A DNA stretch of 64,000 bases. Origin: a virus. Location: IMG/VR virus record IMGVR_UViG_3300049436_000052, positions 233,433-297,432 of that record. One strand, 5' to 3'. This document shows, piece by piece, positions 33,612-44,000 of the stretch. The notes below the pieces were generated by a model. The model worked only from the letters and a program-made list of their open reading frames with translations. It did not search any database and was not told where the DNA came from. A program made the translations under genes and the position numbers. Position 1 is the first letter of the stretch, and every line of letters begins with the position of its first letter.

Positions 33612-34898
33612 ATGAAAATAGATAAACTTACAAAAGAACAAGAAGAAAAATTATCTTCATATAGAATAAAATGGTTGAATAAGATATTTAACTATGATTT
33701 GTATAATTCAATAACATTTGAATCTGTAAAAGAAAAAATGAAAGAATTGTATAACTATTGTAATTTAGATGAACCACTAGTAATTTTATGTGATAGTCCA
33801 TTTGCTTGTCAAATTGCTGTTAATATTTTTAAAGTTGAGGATCAAGTTGGGGATCAAGTTAGGAATCAAATTTGGAATCAAGTTTGGAATCAAGTTGGGG
33901 ATCAAGTTGGGGATCAAGTTAGGAATCAAGTTGGGGATCAAGTTAGGAATCAAGTTTGGAATCAAGTTGGGGATCAAGTTGGGGATCAAGTTGGGGATCA
34001 AGTTAGGAATCAAGTTAGGAATCAAGTTGGGGATCAAGTTGGGGATCAAGAATATTTTACATTTTCTTCTTATATAAATTATAGTGATTTTGGATGGCTA
34101 TCTTTTTTTGATTTTTTTCTTAATGAAAAAATAATTAATTCGAATTTAGTAAATCAATTCAACAATATTATAGATTATGTAAATAATTCGTTTTTATCAA
34201 TACAATTAGATAAGTTATGTATTGTAAGCAAATATCCTTCAAAAATAATTAGAAATGAAAATAATCAATTGCATAGTATTTCAGGATCTGCAATTGGATT
34301 TGGAGATGGATATGAACAACATTATTATAATGGCATTTTCATAAAACCTGAACTATTTGAAAAACTTATATCTAAAACATATACTTTTGAAGATTGGACA
34401 AAAGAATCTAACGAAGAAATAAAAAGTTTGGTTTTGGCATTTTATGAAGAAAAGTTTGGAGGTGAATTTGTTTATAGGTTTTTATCAAAACATTTGAATG
34501 AGGTTAATACATATGTTGATAAAAAATCAGACGAGTATTTGAAAAATACGACCAAAGGAATGAATTTAGGGGTATATACATTATTTAAAGGAAATATTAA
34601 TAATAATAAGATAGCGTATGTAAGATGTTATTGTCCTTCAACTGATAGAATGTTTTTTTTAGGTGTGCATCCAAATAACAATAATGCAAAAGACGCTATT
34701 GCATCATTATGTCAAGTTCCAGTAAAATTAAAGGATGAATTAATTTCAATAAACAGACAAGGTGAAATATTTTCGTTTAATTTTACTGAAAAGGGAACAA
34801 ATATGTTAAAAAATAAAGAATTAACAAAAGAAGATTTCCTTAATGTTGTTTCTTTATCAGGAAATGAGTATTTTTGTAAAATAAAATTTGAATATTAA
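33612..34898 (+). CDS. DUF6745-like protein with tetrapeptide repeat
   Basis: MKIDKLTKEQE N-terminus, DSP motif before the repeat, WLSFFDFF, LH...G.AI.F.DG, C-terminal CPSTDRMFFLGV...A.DAIA. Confidence 0.75.
   Translation: MKIDKLTKEQEEKLSSYRIKWLNKIFNYDLYNSITFESVKEKMKELYNYCNLDEPLVILCDSPFACQIAVNIFKVEDQVGDQVRNQIWNQVWNQVGDQVGDQVRNQVGDQVRNQVWNQVGDQVGDQVGDQVRNQVRNQVGDQVGDQEYFTFSSYINYSDFGWLSFFDFFLNEKIINSNLVNQFNNIIDYVNNSFLSIQLDKLCIVSKYPSKIIRNENNQLHSISGSAIGFGDGYEQHYYNGIFIKPELFEKLISKTYTFEDWTKESNEEIKSLVLAFYEEKFGGEFVYRFLSKHLNEVNTYVDKKSDEYLKNTTKGMNLGVYTLFKGNINNNKIAYVRCYCPSTDRMFFLGVHPNNNNAKDAIASLCQVPVKLKDELISINRQGEIFSFNFTEKGTNMLKNKELTKEDFLNVVSLSGNEYFCKIKFEY
33840..34049 (+). repeat. 12-bp coding tandem repeat, 17.5 units
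   Basis: CAAGTT followed by GGGGAT, AGGAAT or TGGAAT = (D/N)QV(G/R/W). Confidence 0.95.
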
Positions 34899-34904
34899 TT
34901 AATA

Positions 34905-35147
34905 TTGAAAACAATGAAAACAAAAGAAAAAGTAAACATTGCAAAAAAATCTACAGAAGGGCATTTTGTAGAAAAACACAAACAAGTAATTTGTTTAGAC
35001 GATACAAAAGAAGCATTTTTTGTTGAGGGTGAAGCTGAATTAAGTACAAAAAACCATCAAACATTAACACTTGAAAAAGATTGTTTGATTATTCCACAGC
35101 AGGTATATAATCCTTATTCAAAATCACTTGAAAGAAGTAGGGATTAA
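34905..35147 (+). CDS. small partner protein typically adjacent to DUF6745 genes
   Basis: TEGH...H.TL.L......QQ.YNP.....SRD pattern. Confidence 0.6.
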   Translation: MKTMKTKEKVNIAKKSTEGHFVEKHKQVICLDDTKEAFFVEGEAELSTKNHQTLTLEKDCLIIPQQVYNPYSKSLERSRD

Positions 35148-35424
35148 TATAATAAAAATCTTTTTTTATATAACTACTTCTAAAGAATTGCTTTTAACTA
35201 AATTTATCTCATAACAATTTATTTAAAATCCTTTATAGAAAATTTCTGTAGGGGATTTTTTTTATTAATAACATTTATCTAATAACTTTAAAAGAAATAT
35301 CTTTAGAGTAAATTATGTTTAACTAAATTTATTTAAGTACTTTTCATTAAATTTTTGTTATGTTCCATAAATATACTTAATAACTATTATCTAAAGACAT
35401 TTAAGAAATTTTAACTATAATAAG

Positions 35425-35450
35425 GAAACATTTTATAACATTTCAACGTA
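35425..35450 (+). promoter_or_regulatory. ECF-type promoter
   Basis: GAAAC-N17-CGTATAAG. Confidence 0.8.
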
Positions 35451-35484
35451 TAAGAAGTATATAAACAACTAAAGCAATAAAGTC

Positions 35485-35772
35485 ATGAGAAAAATAACTG
35501 AAAAGTCAATCGAAAATTTCAACAATAACAAGTTGTATTTTGGTAATAACACTGAAGTACTTGTTGAAAACAATGTAACTAAATTATATTTATTTGGTCA
35601 TTGTATAGCAAAAAAAGAAAACAATAAGTTATTCATTACAAATTGTGGTTATTTTACAAACACCACTAAAGAACATTTAAATGGTTTGCCAAATGTTAAG
35701 ATTTATCAAAAAGATTCTAAGTGGTATCTTAATAATGAACTTTGGGATGGTAATTGGATTGAAGTAAAATAA
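35485..35772 (+). CDS. conserved phage early protein
   Basis: LYLFGHCIA...CG..T.TTK..LN.L..V.I.QK...WY motif. Confidence 0.7.
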   Translation: MRKITEKSIENFNNNKLYFGNNTEVLVENNVTKLYLFGHCIAKKENNKLFITNCGYFTNTTKEHLNGLPNVKIYQKDSKWYLNNELWDGNWIEVK

Positions 35773-35801
35773 TTAAATAGCCCTAAGATAATAACATTTA
35801 G

Positions 35802-36244
35802 TTAAATTTATCTCAGGGTTAATCTATAACAACATTTATCTTAAAATAATTTATAAAACTTAATATTATGCCACTATCGAATAAATGGAATTTAACTGAC
35901 AATGCATATGTGCAAAGTAGATTAAATAATAACATAATAGTAAATTATAATAATGGGGTATTAGGCTTATTTGAAACTAAACATGATGGCAGAGTTAATA
36001 AGTGTATTTTTGATTATGCTAAAACTCATGATAGAAAAGATACTCTTTTGTATAATAACAGGCTATATTTTGGAATTGTAAATCCTAAAGAAGTTCATAA
36101 AGAACAATACGAAACAAATAGAAATTATATTTTAAATTTGTTCAAATAACAATCTTGTTCATTGTCAATAAATGTTTAAATTTATTGAACAAACTTTTAA
36201 TTAAATTTATCTCAGGGTTAATCTATAACAACATTTATCTTAAA
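35802..36244 (+). repeat. 44-bp exact direct repeat (35802-35845, 36201-36244)
   Basis: TTAAATTTATCTCAGGGTTAATCTATAACAACATTTATCTTAAA, flanking gene 35868..36149. Confidence 0.9.
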
Positions 36245-36777
36245 GAATTTTTTATAACATAATTTATTTCATAACGTTTAACTAAAATTTTATAACTATG
36301 GGACCAACAATTCAATTTATCGTATTAGCTATTATTATATTAATAGTAATAGTCTATAAAGCACTTACACGCAAATCTAGTGCAAGCAAAACAGAACCTG
36401 TAATAAACCCTGTAATTAAAGTAGACAATTTTCTTGCAAACTGGAAAAAGAAATGTCAAGAAGAATCTTTTGCAGGTCAACAAGAAGTTGAATTATTACG
36501 AGAATGCAATAAGGAAATAAGAGAGAAAAGCACAGAAAACGCAAAAAAGATTGCAGATTTGAAAAATTTAAATAAATAACTTTTAATGAATTACATTTAA
36601 TGAAATCCTTTAGACTAAATTTTGTTTAAAGGATTTTTTTTATACATTGCCCTGAGATAAAAATTAGTTAAACGTAATTCATGAGATAAATTTTGTTAAA
36701 CGTAATTTAATGCTAAAACCTTAAAAAACAAACAAAACATAATGCTATACCCTGAAATAAATTTTAACTATAATAAG

Positions 36778-36803
36778 GAAACATTTAAAAGTCATTTTAC
36801 GTA
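36778..36803 (+). promoter_or_regulatory. ECF-type promoter
   Basis: GAAAC-N17-CGTA; implies true gene start at ATG 36838. Confidence 0.75.
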
Positions 36804-37276
36804 TAACATAGTATTAAACAATCTAAAACAAAATATTATGACAATTATAGAATCAATAAAAAATGTTCTTGGTTTATCCAAACAAAAATTTGAATCAAAA
36901 AAGGCAACAAAGAAATTAAAGAAAGCAACTGAAGAAGCTAAAAAGAATATTGCCAAACGTTATAAAAATGTAGTATAGTAAATTACCCTGAGATAAATTT
37001 GTTTCAGGGTATCTTTATAAAATGTAATTAAGTAAAATTTATCTAATACCCTTTAATATGAATCGACACAATAAAGTAAAAGAAATTTTGGAACATGCAA
37101 AAGAAATAAATACAAATCTTGCAACTATTGTATTTTTACTAGCAACATTAAACGATAAACAACTTACAAAATTTTATAAGGGATTTTTATCAAAAGTATC
37201 TAATGATACACCCAAAGATAATATGACAAACGAATTAAAATAATTTTATCTCATAGCAATTTATTAATCATAATTT

Positions 37277-37963
37277 ATGAAACATAATGTTATAAAGCAC
37301 GTTTCCAAACAAGACCTTATAAATTTACTTCTTAACTGGAAATTTGGAACACAACCTGCTTCAATACAATATTTAACTCGACCTGCTTTAAACAAAGAAG
37401 GAAAAAAACTATTTGGTTCTATTATAAAACTTGCAAATGTTGGTTGCTTAATTGGATATAACTATCAAAATTCTGTTAATAATAAATTACTAAAAGAAAA
37501 TAAGATAAGAAAATCCAATGAAATAAAAGTTACTAAAGAAAATTTATCAAACGATAATCCTGAAACAAATTTATCTCAAAACAATTCTTTAAATAATAAT
37601 TTATCTCAGGGCAATTCCTTAAACGAATTTAATCAAAAGTCATTTAATAACAAATTTAATTGTAATAAATTTATTAGTGGTGATTTATGGCATGGTAAAG
37701 GTAAAAGGATCAGTTCATGCCTCGTTCAACATACTGAAAAGAATACTTTCTATTTATCATTTAAACACCAACAAACATTTAAAAGCTTCTATCTGACAGA
37801 CGATCTTACTCCTGTTAAGAGTGAAGTACTGGAAAATTATTTGCAAGGCTCTAAACCAACAAACCAAAATGTAAATGAAGGATCTGAAATACTTCATAGG
37901 GAAATTCTAATAGATAACATTAAGAAAATTAAATTCAAAGGGATTACTTACTTAATAACCTAA
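37277..37963 (+). CDS. hypothetical phage protein with repeat-derived insertion
   Basis: 228 aa; central Asn-rich segment built from ATTTATCTCA(GGG) repeats. Confidence 0.7.
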   Translation: MKHNVIKHVSKQDLINLLLNWKFGTQPASIQYLTRPALNKEGKKLFGSIIKLANVGCLIGYNYQNSVNNKLLKENKIRKSNEIKVTKENLSNDNPETNLSQNNSLNNNLSQGNSLNEFNQKSFNNKFNCNKFISGDLWHGKGKRISSCLVQHTEKNTFYLSFKHQQTFKSFYLTDDLTPVKSEVLENYLQGSKPTNQNVNEGSEILHREILIDNIKKIKFKGITYLIT

Positions 37964-38181
37964 TAATAAATGTTGCTAAATAAAGTTATTATATAAATGT
38001 TATTAGGGGAAATTTATTTAATGACATTCTATAAATGTTGTTAGGGGAAATGTTACTAAATAAATTTTATGTTATGACATTTAATAAACAACCTTTTATG
38101 AATTGGTTTTAATTAACAATATTTAATAAACTTTAACATATAAATATGATTAGATAAATTTATTATATAGACTTTTTATTA

Positions 38182-38197
38182 TGTTCCACGTGGAACA
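38182..38197. promoter_or_regulatory. parS palindrome
   Basis: Perfect TGTTCCACGTGGAACA. Confidence 0.8.
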
Positions 38198-38237
38198 TTT
38201 TCTTTGTGTATAATGGACACACACCATAACCGTCCCT

Positions 38238-38345
38238 TAGTACCCCCGCCATACGCGGCTTCTGTGGGGGTGTGGGTACTACATGAGAAATTCCTCTAGG
38301 AAAAAAAATTCTATAAAAAATTTTCTATAAAAAATTTTCTGTAAA
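38238..38345. other. GC-rich inverted repeat plus phased A-tracts (candidate origin or packaging/terminus site)
   Basis: TAGTACCC...GGGTACTA followed by TATAAAAAATTTTC repeats. Confidence 0.4.
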
Positions 38346-39332
38346 GTATAATTAACATTTTATAAATTCCTATAAAGTTATTATCTTTGCATAATTTCTA
38401 AGGTCATAATTTTTTCTAAAAATTTTTTTAGAAGTTTAAATTTAAAGCAAGTTTATTAAATATTTTTTTTTCAGGGCTATAAAACAAATTTATTTTATGA
38501 AATACAAATTAATAAAAGGTATAAAGGAAAGATTATATGATGAATTGATGCGTACTAAGTTTGATAAATATCATATAGATGTGTTATATGATATTTTGTT
38601 TGATGAATTGAATACATATGATGAAGAAATAGATAGGATTATATCGGATTCGCTATATATTTAAATTTAATTAAAAGTATTTTATGGAAAAAATTTTAAT
38701 TGACAATTTAATGAAAAATTTGGTAGATGAATTAATTGACAAGCCTATATTCATCTACTTGCCACCTATTTCAACTATGAAAACGGATTTTTATAAAATT
38801 TTGTTTAATGATTTATATGAAAAATTATCAGAAGATGAATTTGAATTACGAAGATTATTTTAATAAACATTATTTTATGAAAAGTATAGAAAACAATTTT
38901 ATATCGCCATTCAAAAAGAAAATTCATTTAAATGATGAGTTAATTAATTCTCACACTCATTTTTATTGTTTGGGAGATAATAAAGATTTAACAGATGATT
39001 TGATAAAGGAAATTTATTCAAAATTAATTAGAGAAATAAACAGAGAACGTATTTCATTAGAGAATGGTGTATTTTTTTTGATAGCTTAATTACAGAGAAA
39101 AGCATGGGGTTTCTGGATTTGCCAGTAAATTATATTTTAAGAAATATTTAGTTATGAAAGATGAATTAAGAAAGAGAATATCAATAAATTGGGAAGATGA
39201 GTTATTAGACTATGGAATTTTATATGCAGTTAAATTTAGCAAAGATACACGTCTAAGTCTTTTACATAAAATTTTATTTAATGAATTGGATTCACAAGAT
39301 GATGAATTAAAAAACATTCTTGAACAAATAAT

Positions 39333-39722
39333 TTAATTCATAGTAATTTCATGAATCTTATTTAAAATAATAGATTCTTTTTTATAGGTTCTGGGTGAAG
39401 ATAATCTTATGATATGAATTTCATTATCTTTACAAAATCTATTTTTTAATTTATCGGTTTTTCTAATTCGTTTAAGTTTTTTTAAACCATAAATTGGTTG
39501 TGTATGATGTAAACCATCATATTCTATAATAAGATTATACTTAGGAAGATAAAAATCAAATGGTAATAAATTTATATTACGACAACTATTAAACACTTTT
39601 TGATAAATGAATTCTAAATTATTTTTGATTAAAATCTCAGCAACAATTTTTTCACCTGTTGACATTTTATCCTGTGTTAAATTTGTCATAAATTTGTTAA
39701 TTAAATATAAAACAATTCGCAA
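39333..39722 (-). CDS. Vsr/DUF559-like PD-(D/E)XK endonuclease domain protein
   Basis: STGE...LPFDFYLP...IIEYDG.HH...DKLKN.FC...I.IIRL; true start may be MTNLT. Confidence 0.75.
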   Translation of the reverse strand: MRIVLYLINKFMTNLTQDKMSTGEKIVAEILIKNNLEFIYQKVFNSCRNINLLPFDFYLPKYNLIIEYDGLHHTQPIYGLKKLKRIRKTDKLKNRFCKDNEIHIIRLSSPRTYKKESIILNKIHEITMN

Positions 39723-41012
39723 ATTTAAATAAATATTTTATATTTGTTGGTTAATAATCCTGAAATATTTTCATTTAACAACAAATTTACTATGAAGTCA
39801 TTTATTAATAAGAGTTATAAAATTTTAGTTATTGTAATTTATAAAAAAAATGTAAATGATAGATAATTTATTATGTGGTATAAGAAAGAATTTGTATGAT
39901 GAATTAATTCAAAACATTTTTTATCGTGATTATATTTCTGGAAAAATAGTAGAAAGAAAATTTATAGATTTGTTGTTTAATAATTTATTTGAATTAACTG
40001 AACAGGATTTTGAATTGTATGACACTATTGAATAGATAATTTAGCTCAAAAAAATTTATTTCAAAATAATAAGTTTAATTAAATTTACTAAAGAAATTAA
40101 TTATGAAATATAAATTATTAACTGGTATAAAAAAGAATTTGTATGATAACTTTATTGGCGAATATATAATTTATACCACAATTTCTTCAATTATAGATAA
40201 TGGTTTATATGATAATTTGCTAAGTAGTTTATATGATGAATTACGTGATATGGATGATGATTTTCATTTTTTATTATGTAGAACAATTTATTTTATTTAA
40301 ACAATATTTAGAGAAATTTAGTTATTATAATTTATGAAAATAAACAAATTAAATAAAAAATTATTAAATAGTTTGTGTGATGAGTTAATTATTAATTATT
40401 GTTCATTTATTTGTATATCAATAAAAACTTCACCAAATTATATGAAAATTTCAGATAGCTTATCATTTCAAGAATTAAATATGGAATCAGATATATTAGA
40501 TAGTATGTTTTGTCAAGAAATTAGTGAATAAGATTTATTTCATAACAATGTATTTGAAGTGGTTTCTTTACCCTAATTTATAAAAAAAATTAGTTATGGA
40601 CATTGATTTAGAAAATAACATTAGAAGTTTTTTGAATGATGAGTTAATTAATCATTCTATATTTATTGGTATTAATTTGACATATCTGAATAAAGATATT
40701 TATTGGGTTTTATATAATGATTTATTCGATGATTTACATAATATTGAACTTAGGTTACATCAAATAATATCTATAAAAACTTAGTTACTATGTTTACAGA
40801 AAAATTAGATAACAAATTACGAAATTTAGAAATACTTAATATTATATTAACAATAGACAATGATTTAATATATGAATTGTCTGACAAGATTTGGGATGAA
40901 ATACATTTAAATAATCAGGAATTGTTTATAACGATAAGTAATATTTTGTTTAATATCAATGATAATATTAAATATGACTAAGATAAATTTGGATTATAAT
41001 GTTATTGCACAT

Positions 41013-41063
41013 ATTGATAGCAATATTATTGATAGCAATATTATTGATAGCAATATTATTGAT
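41013..41063 (+). repeat. 15-bp tandem repeat inside a minigene
   Basis: ATTGATAGCAATATT x3 (IDSNI). Confidence 0.9.
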
Positions 41064-44000
41064 AATTTAAAGGATGAATTAATATCATCTAATAAATATA
41101 TAATTACATTAGAATTAGATGATATTAATTTTTTATTGGTAAATGAATTAGATGTTATTTTACTTAGAAGTCTTTTTAATGAAGAAAATGATTTACATGA
41201 GTTAATGTTAGATGTTATTTAAAACTATTAGTTAAAGGTAATTTATTAAAAGCAGTTTAATAAACTAAGTTTTATGATAAATTTTAATGAGAACTTATTA
41301 GGAAAAATAAGTAATGAACTTGAGGATTCTTTATTGAAAATAGGTTTAGTGAAGTATAAATATAATATAGAATCGACCATATTTAGTGAATTACATGTGG
41401 AAATATTTAGTGAATTGTATGGGGAAGTATATAATTCAGAATCAGAATTATTTTTCTCAATAACGCAATTATTAGATGATGAAGAATATTTATGATTATC
41501 ATTAATAAAAATTTAATAATGATTTTAGTTAAACGGGATGGGAAATTAATAGCCTTTAAATTATAAAATTGATTAATAAGTATTTTTATCTAAAGGTTAA
41601 TATGTAAAATTTATATTATGATAAATATAATAAGATTTGAAAATCAACTTATCAATAAATTATCAGATGAATTAATACAAAGTGAAATTGCAGTTCCACA
41701 AAATTATTTAGAAGGTCTATTGTGGTTTGATTTGAATTTTTGGGATACTGAATTAATTCATTCTATTAATATTGAATTATAAAGGACTAATTTATAATTT
41801 TTATGTTATGATATCATTACAAAAATTTATCTGACGAATTGATAGATAGAAATATTTTTATATATTCTTATTCTAATAATAGAATATTACGAGATTTGCT
41901 ATTGGTTGAAATCTATGTGTGGGATTTTGATTTATTTGATTCTATTAATATTTGTATATAAGATTTTTAGTGAGCATGTGTTATGATAAACATAGTAAGA
42001 TTTGAAAATATTATTTTGAACAATATGTCTGATAATTTGATAGATAAAAATGTGTTTATAAAACCTTATTCTATAACATTTTATAATATAATATACGATT
42101 TATTAATAACTGAAATAAATGAGCAAGAAAATGATTTATATCGTTGTATTAATAGTAAAATATTTGAATTTTAATAAACATTGTATTATGAAAAACAAAC
42201 TAAATGAAAATTTAATCACAAATTTATCTGATAAATTAATAGATAAAAGTATTGTTATAAGTCCATTTCTTAATAAAAAAATATTATACGAATTGTTGTT
42301 ATTTGAAATAGATCTACAAGACAGTCGTTTGATTATGTGTGTTGATAGATGTCTATTTTTTTAATAAACATTATATGAACATGATGACATGAAAGACCGA
42401 TTATAATAATTAATTAATGGTGTTTAAGTTATGTTTGAGAAATCTTTAGAATTAAAATTTTATAAATATCGTTCTATGCGTTATGCAGTAAGTTTTTTTG
42501 AGAATCTACTTATCAATAATTTATTAGATGAGTTAATAAAAAGTGAAATTGTTTGTTGGTCTGATGTGTGTTTCTCTACATCACTTAAATTATTATACAA
42601 CGAATTGTATTTTGATATTAATAATAGTAATAGCAAATTAATACATCTAATAAATGCACAAGTTTGAATCATATTTTTACAAAATTAAGATTTTATGAAA
42701 ACATTTTTAAATAAATCTTAATTTTTTTAAATTTATAATTAAATACAATGATGGGTTGGTAAGGATTTCAGTAGATTCTGTTAAAAATAAGAAATAATAT
42801 AAAAAAATATGGTTGATAGTCGATTTTCTTGTAGTCATCTTAATAAGTATGACTTATTTTTTGATGCTGTAGAACCCTATGGTGTTTATATAAAAGTTGT
42901 TTTTGGTGATGTAGTAATCAAAGATGAAGAACTTGATTTATTATTAAGAATATCGATTATTAATAATAATATGTAAAAATATGACTAATAAATCTTTTAA
43001 TAAGAAATTTATTCACAAGAAACTAGATAAAGCAATATTTGAATTGGAATTGGAATCAATGGAATACGATGAACTTGGATATAAGTTATATTTTGAACTT
43101 AGAAAAGGTTTATACAATAATATTTTTAGTGATTTACATAACTTAGTAATTTTATCAATTAAATAAAATTTACTAAAGAAATTAATTATGGAATATAAAT
43201 TAATAATTGCTATAAAAGAAAATTTAGAGGTGTTAGCAATTATGAATTGAATGACATTTCTGGTGAAGTTTTTATTTTTTTAAAGAATAGTTTTTCAGAT
43301 ATTGAGGACAGAAATAATGAATTATCTACTTCACTTTTTTACTTTATTTGATTAAATAGATAAATTTGTTGATAATAAATTAATAATATATTTTTAAATA
43401 ATTATGGAATATGTTGAACTAACTTTTGAAGGAACTGTTGAATCTAACTTATTTCATAATTTCATTTATTCTTTAGATGAAGATGTATTTAGCGATGATC
43501 TTATTTATAGTGATGTTGGTAGTATATTACAAGATTTCGAACAACTATTAGATAGTATTTTTGTTTGGGAGTTAATAGATTTAATTTAATAAAAAACATA
43601 TCATATGTTAAGATTTGATATAGATTCTAAAAATAAACTTTCAAGTGAATTATCTGATGAATTAATTAATATTACCAGTATACTTTTTCTATATAGAGAA
43701 GATGTGTTGTCGAGTGATTTATATAAGGAATTGCGTGGTATATTATTTATAGAATCATTTAATATATGTGATGATTTAAATGATATTTTAAAAAATGAAC
43801 TAGGATATGTTTATTAATTTAATTGTTCTTTTCTTAGCATTTTAACAAAAAACGAAAAAATGCTATTACATTTAATAATATAATTTTTATATATGAAACA
43901 AAATTTTTGACTATATTTTCCATCTATGGAAGTTAGAATAAAATCATTATTTGAAGATTCTTGATACCATGCAACCATGTTCTTTTTAAAAATAGTTGAC

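Noticed and set aside
33840-34049. CRISPR array
   Set aside because: Contiguous 12-bp coding repeat with no spacers; no cas genes.
33786-34077. ORFs encoding (IPNL)n on minus and (GIKL)n on plus
   Set aside because: Shadow frames of the 12-bp repeat in the DUF6745 gene; first-position sense changes are automatically synonymous in the antisense frame.
36742-36837. N-terminal extension of ORF 36742..36978
   Set aside because: It spans the conserved promoter; the true start is likely ATG 36838.
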